Shown in pieces: positions 35,473-44,629 of a stretch of DNA of 64,000 bases. The translations under genes were made by a program, and so were the position numbers. Source of the DNA: Candidatus Krumholzibacteriota bacterium (GTDB lineage Bacteria; Krumholzibacteriota; Krumholzibacteriia; JAJRXK01); NCBI GenBank assembly GCA_963727455.1, contig CAVSGG010000006.1:64001-128000 (forward strand), given 5' to 3'. The notes beneath the pieces are model-generated. The model saw only the letters and a program-made list of their open reading frames with translations. It searched no databases and was not told the DNA's origin. Numbering within the stretch: the first letter of the stretch is position 1; every line of letters starts with the position of its first letter.

Positions 35473-37185
35473 ATGTTCAATCTACGGTTTCGAGGCAGCT
35501 TCGGACTAGGCCTGCTGACAACTTTGGCCTTCGCTGCCTTTTTGAGTTCGTGTTCTTCGGACAATGGGGGGAACGGTGGATTGGTTCAGCCGGGTGAGGC
35601 CAATTTGGCCATGCACTTCTCGGTCTACCAACTCACGGGAACTTCCGGCAAGAGCGCGCCCACGGGACTTTTGCTGTGGAAAGGAACCTCCGACGGACCT
35701 GACGCCGATTCCCCGCAGCAAACCGCGAACGCCCGGATTCCCGGAGCCGAGCCCTTCCGCATCGACTGGGAGCTGGTGGATCCCTCCACTACGATTCGCG
35801 GGTATCAGTTTCGCGCCACCCAGGTTCCCGAGGAGGGAGATCGACGCATGCCGCGGGATGCGAGCGACACACCTTATTGGGGCGACCAGCAGTCTTTCGT
35901 CTGCGAAAATTCCACGCCGATTGAAGACATTACATCTCGCTGTCCCACCGGTGGGGATTGTCCGGAGGTTCTGCTCTTTGGCTCCGACAAGGTTCACTCG
36001 TTTTGGGCCTTCGCCTCCACCGAGGACGGTCAGGAAACTCCTCTCGACCAGGCGCTCTTACAATTTGAAATCGTGAATGCGGTGCCCACCACGGAGCTTG
36101 TCGTAGATGGGACCTATCCCTACTACAACATGGCTGACGGTTCGGGTGGGGAGCTGAGGGCCACAATCGCCAACGGTGATACCATTCCCGCCGGGGCCAA
36201 AGTCGTATTCAAGCTCAGCGGCGAAGATCCCGATCCAGTCGTGCTGAAGACGGAATCGTTGCCGCGCGTGCGCTACCAGGGCCGTTACGAGATGGACTCG
36301 CGCAGCGGGCCGACCCGCCAACTTCAGACCAACTACAGTTCTCCCGCTGCGAGCGATACCATTGCCTTCACGGTGGGACCCTTCGAGTATCGCTTCTACG
36401 GGCGGGCCGTCGATCGCCTGCGCGCAGTCGATCCCACGCCCGTCGAATTTTCTTTCGTCGCAGGATACGCTCCCAGCCTCACCGCCATCCAACCCACTTC
36501 GAGTGACCAATTGCTACTCCGCAAGCCCAGCGATGGTACCTGGCCCGAGAACACGGTCGACTATCAAGTCACTTCAGGAGTCACGCGGTACTGGACGGGC
36601 AACCGCTTCCTGGACACCGAGGTGAGTGGATCGGAACAGTGGCAGGGGGATCTCTTTCGCATCCCACTGAAACTCGAGGGAATCGGCGATCCGCGAGAGC
36701 CGGCTACCGGTGGATTCGGTGCCGCCCGATCTTTCTCCTACGAGTGGCACTGCGACAACGATCCCGGAAACTTGATTCTCGATGGCGGCCGCAACGACGA
36801 TCTCTCGAGCTTCAACGACGCCACTTCAGCGGGAGAACTGTTGCTGTCGGGACAGACTGGGATCGAAGTCTTCGTGCCCGCAATCTTCTGGAGCAATCCG
36901 AGCATCTTCGAGCCTGGCAATTGCGAGGGCGTTTCCAGCTTGGACTACTGCGGAGTCGGCGAGTATCTACGCCGTCGATTGGGGCAAGTGACTCTGCTCG
37001 CGCAGGCTCGCAACACGCAGCACTTCCAGAGCTTCGAATATTTCTTCCGCGTCATCGATGAACCAAGTCAGTCGATCATCACCGATATCGGGGAGTCGGG
37101 TCTCGTGAGCGCGGCGGACTCGACGAGCTTCCCGATCCACCTCGGATTGGACGACGGCGGAGGGGGAGTGCTGACCTGGCCCTAA
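35473..37185 (+). CDS. Large hypothetical lipoprotein with Ig-like beta domains
   Basis: Lipobox LSSC; RAVDRLRAVDPTP and GEDPD Ig-like motifs. Confidence 0.7.
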   Translation: MFNLRFRGSFGLGLLTTLAFAAFLSSCSSDNGGNGGLVQPGEANLAMHFSVYQLTGTSGKSAPTGLLLWKGTSDGPDADSPQQTANARIPGAEPFRIDWELVDPSTTIRGYQFRATQVPEEGDRRMPRDASDTPYWGDQQSFVCENSTPIEDITSRCPTGGDCPEVLLFGSDKVHSFWAFASTEDGQETPLDQALLQFEIVNAVPTTELVVDGTYPYYNMADGSGGELRATIANGDTIPAGAKVVFKLSGEDPDPVVLKTESLPRVRYQGRYEMDSRSGPTRQLQTNYSSPAASDTIAFTVGPFEYRFYGRAVDRLRAVDPTPVEFSFVAGYAPSLTAIQPTSSDQLLLRKPSDGTWPENTVDYQVTSGVTRYWTGNRFLDTEVSGSEQWQGDLFRIPLKLEGIGDPREPATGGFGAARSFSYEWHCDNDPGNLILDGGRNDDLSSFNDATSAGELLLSGQTGIEVFVPAIFWSNPSIFEPGNCEGVSSLDYCGVGEYLRRRLGQVTLLAQARNTQHFQSFEYFFRVIDEPSQSIITDIGESGLVSAADSTSFPIHLGLDDGGGGVLTWP

Positions 37186-37194
37186 TTCCAGCGC

Positions 37195-39057
37195 TCAGGA
37201 GCGGGGAAGCTGCGCGAATTCCCCTTCCAATCGCCCCACGAGTTCCTCGAGCTGATCCACCACGGCTTGCACCGGTTCGGCCTGGCTCAGGTCGACACCC
37301 GCCCGTTTCAACAGTTCCATGGGATCGTCGCTGCCGCCGGCGCGCAGGAGTTCGAGATACCGTGCCGTTGCCTTCTCTCGTTCGGAGGGTTCTTCGGACT
37401 TGATCGTTGCGAAGATCTGCGCCGACGAGGCGAAGCAGGTCGCGTATTGGTACACGTAGAACGGGCTGCGGTAGAGATGGGGAATGCGGGCCCAGGTGGT
37501 GGCATAGAGTTCGTCGAGAGTGACCCCGCTTCCGTACCATTCCGATTGCAAACCGGAATACAGCGCGTTCAAAACCTCGGCCGTCACCGGCTCACCGCGT
37601 TCGACGATGCGGTGGGCTTCGAGCTCGAAGGCAGCAAAGAGAACTTGGCTGTAGAAGGTCCCCACGATTGAATCGATTGCATGCTGCAGCAGAAGGATCC
37701 TTTCGCGCGAGTCCTCGGTGTGCCGCAGCATGTGATCCAAGAGGAGACGTTCGTTGAGGGTGGATGCGACTTCCGCCACGAAGATGGTGTAATCGGAGTA
37801 ACAGAAGGGCTGGCTCTCGTTGGCCAACACGGTGTGCATGGTGTGACCCATCTCGTGCGCGATGGTGAAGACGTTGTCCAGAGTCTGATTGAAGTTCAGG
37901 AGCACGTAGGGATGAACTCCGTAGACGCCGGCGGAGTACGCGCCAGTACGCTTGCCTTCGTTCTCGAAGACGTCAATCCAACGGTTGGAGAACGCCTCCT
38001 TCATACGCTTGTGATAGCTCTCACCCAGGGGCTGGACCGATTCCAGGACCTCATGCACCGCGTCCTCATACTCGTAGTGCTTGTCGATCTCGAGCAGGGG
38101 TAGGGTGCCGTCGTAGAGATGCATTTCCTTCAGGTTCAGAACGCGCCGGCGCAACTCGTAGTAACGGTGCAAAGGCGCGGTTCCCCTTCGCGTGGTCTCG
38201 ATGAGATTGGTCACTACCGTGGCGGGAATTGCGTCCGCGTGCAGAACGGCGTCCAAGCAAGAGGGGTACTTTCGTGCCTGCGCGCGCGCCCAGTCGCGTT
38301 GGCAAATTGCGCTGTAAATGGCGGCGTAGGTGTTGCTGTTCGCGGCGAAGGTCTCGTACAGCCCACGGAAGGCCATGGCGCGATCCTCCTGGTTGCGCTC
38401 CTTGGAGAGGATGGCGTAGTAGCGCCCGTAGGTCAGTTGAACCTCCTCACCGGTCGAAAGGGTGAGAAGCGGATAGCGGATATCGGCCGTGGAGAGCATC
38501 GAATAGATCTCCGAGGGCGAACCGTTGAACGAAGAACTATAGCTGAGCAGGGTTTCGCTCGTTTCGTCCAACACGTGCTCCTGTTGACGGAAGAGCTGAC
38601 GCATCGTGTAGCGGTACAAGCCGAGGCCCTCGTTCTCCTCCATCCAACGGTCCACGGTCTCTTGGCCGAGGGAGAGCAGCTCCGGATTGAACCAGGCGGT
38701 GGCGGTGGCGCTGCGCGCGAAGAGTAGACTCACCTCCTGGCGCATCGCGTCGATCTCGTTGCGCCGAACGTCTTCGTCAGCCTTGAGCGAGGCGAAGTAG
38801 TAGACACGATAGGCCAACTGATCGATCTCGTCGTTGAGCCGGAGGGCCTTCAGGAGAGCATCCGGGCCCTGTCCAAGGCTGCCCTTGAGGGCGATCATCT
38901 CGTCGATCTTTCCCTCGAGCTTCTTGAAGTCCGCTCGCCACTTGTCGAAGTCCGCGTAGATGTCCTCGAGACGCCATTTGTAACGCGGCTCGATATCCTC
39001 TCGCTTGAGCGTGCCGCCCCCAGTCTTGGGGTGCTGCGGAGTGATCATCATCGTCAT
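37195..39057 (-). CDS. pepF: Oligoendopeptidase F (M3B)
   Basis: KWRLEDIY, GKRTGAYS, HPYVLLN, AHEMGHTMH, FVAEVAST, WARIPH, FYVYQYA. Confidence 0.95.
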   Translation of the reverse strand: MTMMITPQHPKTGGGTLKREDIEPRYKWRLEDIYADFDKWRADFKKLEGKIDEMIALKGSLGQGPDALLKALRLNDEIDQLAYRVYYFASLKADEDVRRNEIDAMRQEVSLLFARSATATAWFNPELLSLGQETVDRWMEENEGLGLYRYTMRQLFRQQEHVLDETSETLLSYSSSFNGSPSEIYSMLSTADIRYPLLTLSTGEEVQLTYGRYYAILSKERNQEDRAMAFRGLYETFAANSNTYAAIYSAICQRDWARAQARKYPSCLDAVLHADAIPATVVTNLIETTRRGTAPLHRYYELRRRVLNLKEMHLYDGTLPLLEIDKHYEYEDAVHEVLESVQPLGESYHKRMKEAFSNRWIDVFENEGKRTGAYSAGVYGVHPYVLLNFNQTLDNVFTIAHEMGHTMHTVLANESQPFCYSDYTIFVAEVASTLNERLLLDHMLRHTEDSRERILLLQHAIDSIVGTFYSQVLFAAFELEAHRIVERGEPVTAEVLNALYSGLQSEWYGSGVTLDELYATTWARIPHLYRSPFYVYQYATCFASSAQIFATIKSEEPSEREKATARYLELLRAGGSDDPMELLKRAGVDLSQAEPVQAVVDQLEELVGRLEGEFAQLPRS

Positions 39058-39072
39058 GTATCCTTCCGGGGG

Positions 39073-40053
39073 TCAGTCGCCAATCACCTCGAGCTGGAGA
39101 ACGCCGAAGTACTGGTGGCGGTCGGTCCAGTGGGCCACCAATTGGAATCCCGCGTCACGTGCCAACTCGGCAAACGAAGCCGGGTCGTACTTGTAGGAGT
39201 ACTCGGTTCGTATGCTCTCTCCGCGGCCAAAATGGATCCGTTCGCCCTGCACCGTCACAGTCTGTTCACGAGTGGAGACGAGGTGCATTTCGATGCGGCT
39301 CTGGGGGGGATTGTAAAAAGCGTAGTGTCGGAAGCAGTCGAGCTGAAAATCCGCTCCGAGTTCCCGGTTGAGACGGGCCAGCAGATTCAAATTGAACGCG
39401 GCGGTGACGCCGCAGGCATCGTTGTATGCGCGATGGAGCACGCGCGGGTCCTTCTTGAGATCGATTCCCAGGATCAGCGCTCCGCCCTCTCCCAGCACGC
39501 TCACCATGATCTCCAGAAGCGGGACGACCTGCTTCGGCGTGAAATTCCCGATCGTCGAGCCGGGGAAGTAGATCACGTTGCGGCGCGGCTCGACGCTGGG
39601 AGTGGGCAAAGGGAAGGGCTTGGTGAAATCCACGCAGACCGGAAGGAGCTCGAGCCGGGAATATTCCTCGTGGAGGCGGGTGCACGATTGGCGCAGGGCG
39701 TTGGAGCTGATGTCGACCGGCACGTAGGCGGCCGGGGCCCTGAGCTTGTCCAGCAAGCAGCGGGTCTTCAAGCTGCTGCCGCTGCCGAGTTCGACCACCA
39801 TGCAACCGGGACCCAGGCGTTCGGCGATGGAACCGGAATGCTCCCTCATGACCTCCAGTTCGCTGCGCGTGGGGTAGTATTCGGGAAGCTCGCAGATCTG
39901 CTCGAAGAGCTGGCTCCCGCGCCGATCGTAGAAATACTTGCTCGGCAAGTACTTGGGAGTGGAGGTGAGTCCGGTGAGCGCGTCTTCGAGCAAGTCGGAC
40001 GGTTGTGGCTCAAAATCGAGGATTTCGAACGCTTCTTGAGAACTCGGTTCCAT
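39073..40053 (-). CDS. egtD: L-histidine N-alpha-methyltransferase
   Basis: PKYLPSKYFYD, LPEYYPTR, ELGSG, FPGSTIGN, AYND, RIEMHL, TEYSYKY. Confidence 0.93.
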   Translation of the reverse strand: MEPSSQEAFEILDFEPQPSDLLEDALTGLTSTPKYLPSKYFYDRRGSQLFEQICELPEYYPTRSELEVMREHSGSIAERLGPGCMVVELGSGSSLKTRCLLDKLRAPAAYVPVDISSNALRQSCTRLHEEYSRLELLPVCVDFTKPFPLPTPSVEPRRNVIYFPGSTIGNFTPKQVVPLLEIMVSVLGEGGALILGIDLKKDPRVLHRAYNDACGVTAAFNLNLLARLNRELGADFQLDCFRHYAFYNPPQSRIEMHLVSTREQTVTVQGERIHFGRGESIRTEYSYKYDPASFAELARDAGFQLVAHWTDRHQYFGVLQLEVIGD

Positions 40054-40201
40054 GCTTTCCCGTATTCGTGAGATTGGACCTGACGCGCGGGCCAGAGCGA
40101 GGAGCGCCTCGAGGGCGCTGATGACAGGCCGTCCTTCGCCGTGGATATGGTACCAGAGCCCGCCTTTGCGGCAAAGCCCGGTTCTGGGCCCCGATCCCCC
40201 C

Positions 40202-40230
40202 TGTAACTCCCGTGCGGGCTGGCGCGTCTA
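40202..40230 (+). promoter_or_regulatory. ECF-type autoregulatory promoter
   Basis: TGTAAC-N17-CGTCTA just upstream of the ECF sigma gene, matching the typical AAC/CGT ECF elements. Confidence 0.7.
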
Positions 40231-40246
40231 GCAGAAAGAATGGCAG

Positions 40247-40822
40247 ATGAAGATGGATCGACCTGCATTCAACCGCCTCCTGCTCGAGCAGAAGGACGCC
40301 GTCTATGGACTGGCGGTGCATCTGCTCAATTCGAGGGAAGAGGCGCAGGACGTGGTGCAGGACGTTTTCCTGAAGCTCTGGCGGAAAGGCGGCGCGGTCG
40401 AGGTCCAGTCGCGGCCGGCCTGGCTGCTCCGGGTTTGTCGAAACGCCTGCCTGGACCGGCTGCGGCGGCGCAAGGTTCGCCGCCACCATCGGGCCGACCC
40501 CAGCCAGATCAAACTGGGCGTCGGCTCACCCCGCGAGTTCGATGGGGACTCTGGGCGAGAGCTTTCCTTCGACCTCAGTGACGAGGGAGCCGGCGCCCAA
40601 CAGGTCGAGGATCGAAGCGAGGTACGGAGGATCGTGGCTGCGATGCAAAGACTGAGCGAGCCTCAGCGTTCGATCATCATGATGCGGGAGCTGCAGGGTT
40701 TCAGCTACGAGGAAATTGCCTCGACGACGGAACTCTCGCTCTCAGCAGTGAAGGTGAGTCTGCACCGCGCGCGCAAGAAAGTGCGACGGATCTTCGAGGA
40801 GGCAAAGGAGGTGCAAGCGTGA
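40247..40822 (+). CDS. ECF RNA polymerase sigma factor
   Basis: AQDVVQDVFLKLW, AWLLRVCRNACLDRLR, GFSYEEIA...VKVSLHRAR. Confidence 0.93.
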   Translation: MKMDRPAFNRLLLEQKDAVYGLAVHLLNSREEAQDVVQDVFLKLWRKGGAVEVQSRPAWLLRVCRNACLDRLRRRKVRRHHRADPSQIKLGVGSPREFDGDSGRELSFDLSDEGAGAQQVEDRSEVRRIVAAMQRLSEPQRSIIMMRELQGFSYEEIASTTELSLSAVKVSLHRARKKVRRIFEEAKEVQA

Positions 40823-41373
40823 ACGGCGACGAAAAATTCTTCGAAGAGAAGATGCGCGACTACCAGGCCCCCCGTTGCCCCGAGGAACTCGTCGATCGCA
40901 TCATGGCGCGAGTCGATGCCGAACCGCACCGCAAGTCTTTCGGCTCCTGGTGGGCGCTCTTCCGTTTCAAGTACGCTCTGGTGCCTGCCGCTGCGCTCGT
41001 GGTATTGCTCTTCGTGCTACTGCGCCCCGCGCCTCAGCCGCCCTCGACTCCATTGCCCGAGCACGAAACACCACAAGTGGCGATCGCCCCGCCCGAAACC
41101 ACTTCGACTCCGTGTGAGCTCGATCTACAGGAAATTCTTCGCCGCCTGGGAGCCAAGGATCGCGCGGAACTGGCGTACGACGACACGACTCTCTGCGAGG
41201 CGGCCGAGGATGTGCGCATGGCCCTGAACCTCATGGGCAAGGCCATGCATTCGACGGAACGCGTGTTGCGGAATGAAACCCGCAGACGCGTTGCCGATAC
41301 CGTGAGAATGGGGCTCGAAGCGTCGGGTGTATCGCCCGCGTCCGATGCCGCGAATCCCAAAAACGGCGGCTGA
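40819..41373 (+). CDS. Putative anti-sigma factor (single TM)
   Basis: Overlaps the sigma stop (GTGA); P.EL.DRIMA segment, TM helix, Pro-rich linker. Confidence 0.7.
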   Translation: MNGDEKFFEEKMRDYQAPRCPEELVDRIMARVDAEPHRKSFGSWWALFRFKYALVPAAALVVLLFVLLRPAPQPPSTPLPEHETPQVAIAPPETTSTPCELDLQEILRRLGAKDRAELAYDDTTLCEAAEDVRMALNLMGKAMHSTERVLRNETRRRVADTVRMGLEASGVSPASDAANPKNGG

Positions 41374-41405
41374 GATCAGCCGCCACAACCATCGGAGACC
41401 ATGTC

Positions 41406-42041
41406 ATGCGTAAATCTCTTCTCGCTCTGGCGATCGTGGTGTTTCTCGCCCCCGTGGCGTTGGCCCGCGCGGACCAGAACAACCTTTCGGGCGAACCCGG
41501 ATACATCGACCTCAACAGCCTCAAGACTTTCGACCGCGGCAAGAGCGTGGTGGAAATCTCGTTGACGCAACCCTTGCTGAGTCTGGCCCGCTGGGCCGTC
41601 GTGGATGACGATCCGGAGATGGCCGAGATGTTGGGCGGCCTGAAGCTTTTGCAGGTCAACGTCTTCTCCTACCCCCTGAGCGAGGGAAAGAGCCTCTCCG
41701 CGAGTCTGGAGGACGTCGCGGGAAAGCTCGCCACACAGGGTTGGAATTCGGTGGTGAAGGTGAAACAGAAGAACGAAACCTGGCACATCATGGTGAAGAT
41801 GGACGAGAAGGGCGGAACCAAGGGTGCGCCCCTGCTCAACGGGGTGGCGATCCTGGGAATGGGCGACGAGAACAGCGACATTCACTATGAGGAAGGCGAC
41901 GGGTTGGAAGCGGTGTTCGTGAACGTGGTGGGCAATCTCGACTTCGCCCAGCTCAGCAAGCTCGGCAAGCATTTTGATCTGCCGATGCTGGAGAAGCTGG
42001 ACGCCAAGGACGCGGGCAAGGCCCAGGGCAGCGCTCAGTAG
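41406..42041 (+). CDS. DUF4252 family secreted protein
   Basis: Signal peptide; VVEISL..PLL, LKLLQVNVF, GWNSVVKV, VFVNVVGNLD; the usual ECF-operon context for this family. Confidence 0.8.
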   Translation: MRKSLLALAIVVFLAPVALARADQNNLSGEPGYIDLNSLKTFDRGKSVVEISLTQPLLSLARWAVVDDDPEMAEMLGGLKLLQVNVFSYPLSEGKSLSASLEDVAGKLATQGWNSVVKVKQKNETWHIMVKMDEKGGTKGAPLLNGVAILGMGDENSDIHYEEGDGLEAVFVNVVGNLDFAQLSKLGKHFDLPMLEKLDAKDAGKAQGSAQ

Positions 42042-42128
42042 GGCCGAATTCGACCAAAACAGGCCCGGATTTTTTGCCGCTGGGGCGCTCTTCCGGCCTG
42101 GAAAAAGAACTTTGAAAGTACTAAACTA

Positions 42129-42165
42129 AGGAGGCCGGCATTCTGAATCAGGATGCCGGCCTTCT
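42129..42165 (+). terminator. Strong hairpin between convergent genes (terminator or 5' part of the adjacent RNA)
   Basis: AGGAGGCCGGCATTCTG-AAT-CAGGATGCCGGCCTTCT, a 17-bp stem. Confidence 0.55.
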
Positions 42166-42200
42166 CATGTCAGCTACGGCAAGTTCGGTCCTTCAGCCCC

Positions 42201-42392
42201 GAGGGGATGTGAGTTCGCGACATCGAGACAGGAGCAGGCTGGCACACGGGCGCCGCCAGTGCTCGCCTGGGTGAACTCGCTGGGCGTGGTGAGTACCTGG
42301 GTTGGACTCGATGAGGTTCCGCTGGTCGAATTGGGGACTGGGACCTCCCCGTCGACCGCGAAGGCGGATCCCAAGGCGACTCACGTCCCCTC
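42201..42392 (+). ncRNA. Candidate 192-nt multi-branched structured RNA, family unassigned
   Basis: The 5' and 3' ends pair over about 17 bp and enclose four nested helices; G-U pairs consistently favour the + strand. Confidence 0.5.
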
Positions 42393-42398
42393 ATCCTT

Positions 42399-42998
42399 CT
42401 ACTGGCGGATCAGATCTTCCTTGGACAACAGACGCGCGTGGAGATCGGTGAGGCTCGCGCTGCCCGAGAGGTTCGTCAGCGCAGGTCCGCCGGGAGTCCG
42501 CGCGTAGATATCCACGCGGAGCCAGACCTCGTTTCCACTGAAGAGTTCCAGGGTGTCCTGGTCGAGCTGGGTGCTCCCGTTCACCGGGGTCACGGTCGCG
42601 TCCTGTACGGAGACCGGAATGCTCATGATCGGGGTCGTGCTGGCGGTGGCGTCAGCGGCAGTCGCTCCCAGGAAGAGATCGAAACGCAGCTCGGCTTCAC
42701 CGCTCTGGTTGTCGAACTCTCCCTTGAGGTAGAGGGTTCCTTCCTCCATGAGAGACGCAGTGCCCAGACCCTCAAGAAGATCGATCTTCGTGGGTGGGAT
42801 GAGGTCTACCACTGGCACCCAGGTGCCGGTGGGCGGGACCTCGGCCGCGTAGTCCGTGCTCAAATCCTCTTCGTTGATGAAACTCAGGAAGTCGAGATTC
42901 AGAATGATGGTTCCACCGGCACAGGCCAAGAGCAGAAGGAAGGTCACGGCGACGAGCGAGCGCGAAGTCTTCAGGCGTTGGAAAATCGATTTCTTCAT
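42399..42998 (-). CDS. Hypothetical lipoprotein
   Basis: Lipobox-like LLAC; cotranscribed with the upstream beta-barrel gene. Confidence 0.65.
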   Translation of the reverse strand: MKKSIFQRLKTSRSLVAVTFLLLLACAGGTIILNLDFLSFINEEDLSTDYAAEVPPTGTWVPVVDLIPPTKIDLLEGLGTASLMEEGTLYLKGEFDNQSGEAELRFDLFLGATAADATASTTPIMSIPVSVQDATVTPVNGSTQLDQDTLELFSGNEVWLRVDIYARTPGGPALTNLSGSASLTDLHARLLSKEDLIRQ

Positions 42999-43009
42999 GA
43001 CGCGCGTCC

Positions 43010-44383
43010 CTAGTAAAGCGTGACCGCGAGGCCCATCGAAACTCCCCGGTTCTGGGTTAAACCGAGGTTGTGAGTCTGGAATCCCGCATCGATTCCCCAG
43101 GGGCCCAGACGGAAGCCCGCGCCCCAGCTACCCTGCATGCGGCTGCGCTGATCGCGGAGAAACCCGCCGCGCACGGCCAGCCACCGGTTCAGCCAGAACT
43201 CGCCCCCTCCGTGAACGCTCAGCCCACCGGGTTGCTCCACCACGCTCGCCGCCAGCAAGTAGCGATCGCCCAGCCAGCTCGCATTGGTCATCCAGCTCAC
43301 AGGAATCTCCGTGCAGCTTACGAAATGTTGGGCGACGTTCTCGGTGATGACCTCGTTAAAATCCGGATCGAGATACGAGTGGTCCAGTTGCGTGTTCTTC
43401 CAGGTGAGGTCGGCGAAGATGTCGGCCACTCCCGCTCCGATTTCCAGTCTTCCCGAGCGCCACACTGCGCCCAGATCGATGGCATTTCCGTATCCCACGC
43501 TGCTGACGCTGTTGGGCCAGGCGCGCTGGTAGTCGGCCTGGAAGCTGGCGTCGAAGGTGTCGGTGTCCGAGGTGGAGAAAATCGGATCGCCGCTGTGCAA
43601 TCCCAGATCTCCGTCGAGACGCACGTAGCCGCCGCCGAAGTAGTGCCGGTATCCCGCGCCGAACCAGAGACCGCCGCCCTCACCATCGGTGCCGCCGTTT
43701 CCCTCCTCGCTCAAGGGCACCGCCCAGGCGAGGCCGCTCGAGAATCCGGCCTGCATGAGCGCGCTGGCGCTCGCAGTGTAGTCGGTGGATGGAGTGACCG
43801 GCTCCGCGTCGGCCAGCACCTTCACCAACTCCTCATCCAGATTGAAGTCGACCTGGGTCTGGATGAAGGGCCGCATGAGACTCAAATGGAGAAGCCCCGC
43901 GCCATCTCCCAGTCCGAAGTTCAGTCCGAGATCGGCGGGGCTGCCCATGCTCCCCATGGTGAAGCCGTCGCGCGGTATGACCTCGCGCGCATCCTTCAGA
44001 TCGAACACGAGCTGGTCCTGTCCCAGCCAGATCTCGAGTCCCTGGTCGGGGTCGTGGGGTTGCTTGAACTCCCAGGCCCAGGGAACGTTCGTGATGAAAT
44101 TGACGATGCCGATGGCGCTGAAGTCCTCGCTGTCGGGATCGAGCTCGGGGAAGTACTTGAGGAATTGAATGACCCCGATGGGTACGGGGATCGAGGTGGT
44201 CTTCTTGGAAACGCGCGGCGGAACCGCGCGGTAGGCCGGATTGATGCGGGCGAGACTGCCCGAGCCCTGATCGAGACTGACGCCACCCATGGCCATGCCG
44301 CGCGCATCGTAGCCCTGTGCAACGGCGCTGCCCGGCGCGAGCAGAAACAGCACAGCTACGGCGATCAGCAGGCTTTGGCGCAT
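43010..44383 (-). CDS. Outer-membrane beta-barrel protein (TraF/FadL/DUF5723-like)
   Basis: Start MRQSLL with signal peptide; ARGMAMGG...NPA plug motif; IDLGAVW, LAVRGG, C-terminal aromatic residue (TLY). Confidence 0.72.
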   Translation of the reverse strand: MRQSLLIAVAVLFLLAPGSAVAQGYDARGMAMGGVSLDQGSGSLARINPAYRAVPPRVSKKTTSIPVPIGVIQFLKYFPELDPDSEDFSAIGIVNFITNVPWAWEFKQPHDPDQGLEIWLGQDQLVFDLKDAREVIPRDGFTMGSMGSPADLGLNFGLGDGAGLLHLSLMRPFIQTQVDFNLDEELVKVLADAEPVTPSTDYTASASALMQAGFSSGLAWAVPLSEEGNGGTDGEGGGLWFGAGYRHYFGGGYVRLDGDLGLHSGDPIFSTSDTDTFDASFQADYQRAWPNSVSSVGYGNAIDLGAVWRSGRLEIGAGVADIFADLTWKNTQLDHSYLDPDFNEVITENVAQHFVSCTEIPVSWMTNASWLGDRYLLAASVVEQPGGLSVHGGGEFWLNRWLAVRGGFLRDQRSRMQGSWGAGFRLGPWGIDAGFQTHNLGLTQNRGVSMGLAVTLY

Positions 44384-44629
44384 GGTGAGCCACTTTCGGG
44401 GTTGAGCGATCCGAGTCGGATCAAGCAAGTAGCTCGCCGCTTTCTTGCCCGCGTCGAAAGAGGCGCGCTCGGGCGGCAAACCGAGCCGCCGCGAGCGCTT
44501 CGTCCGCAATCGGAGTTTCCTTCCTTCGATGGAGAGAGATGGCCATCTGGAGTATGATTTTCCACCGCAGGATTCTGTGGGAGCTGCGCCGGGTCCTGCC
44601 GCGCGGCCGGCATAGAGGAGCGAAAGTTC

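Noticed and set aside
42133-42142. GGCCGGCAT resembling the 5' end of the HDV ribozyme
   Set aside because: It forms one arm of a simple hairpin, and the nested double pseudoknot of HDV-like ribozymes is absent.
42170-42394. Short minus-strand ORFs (63-74 aa) over the structured element
   Set aside because: Three overlapping frames have no protein-like features, and nested base-pairing explains the sequence better.
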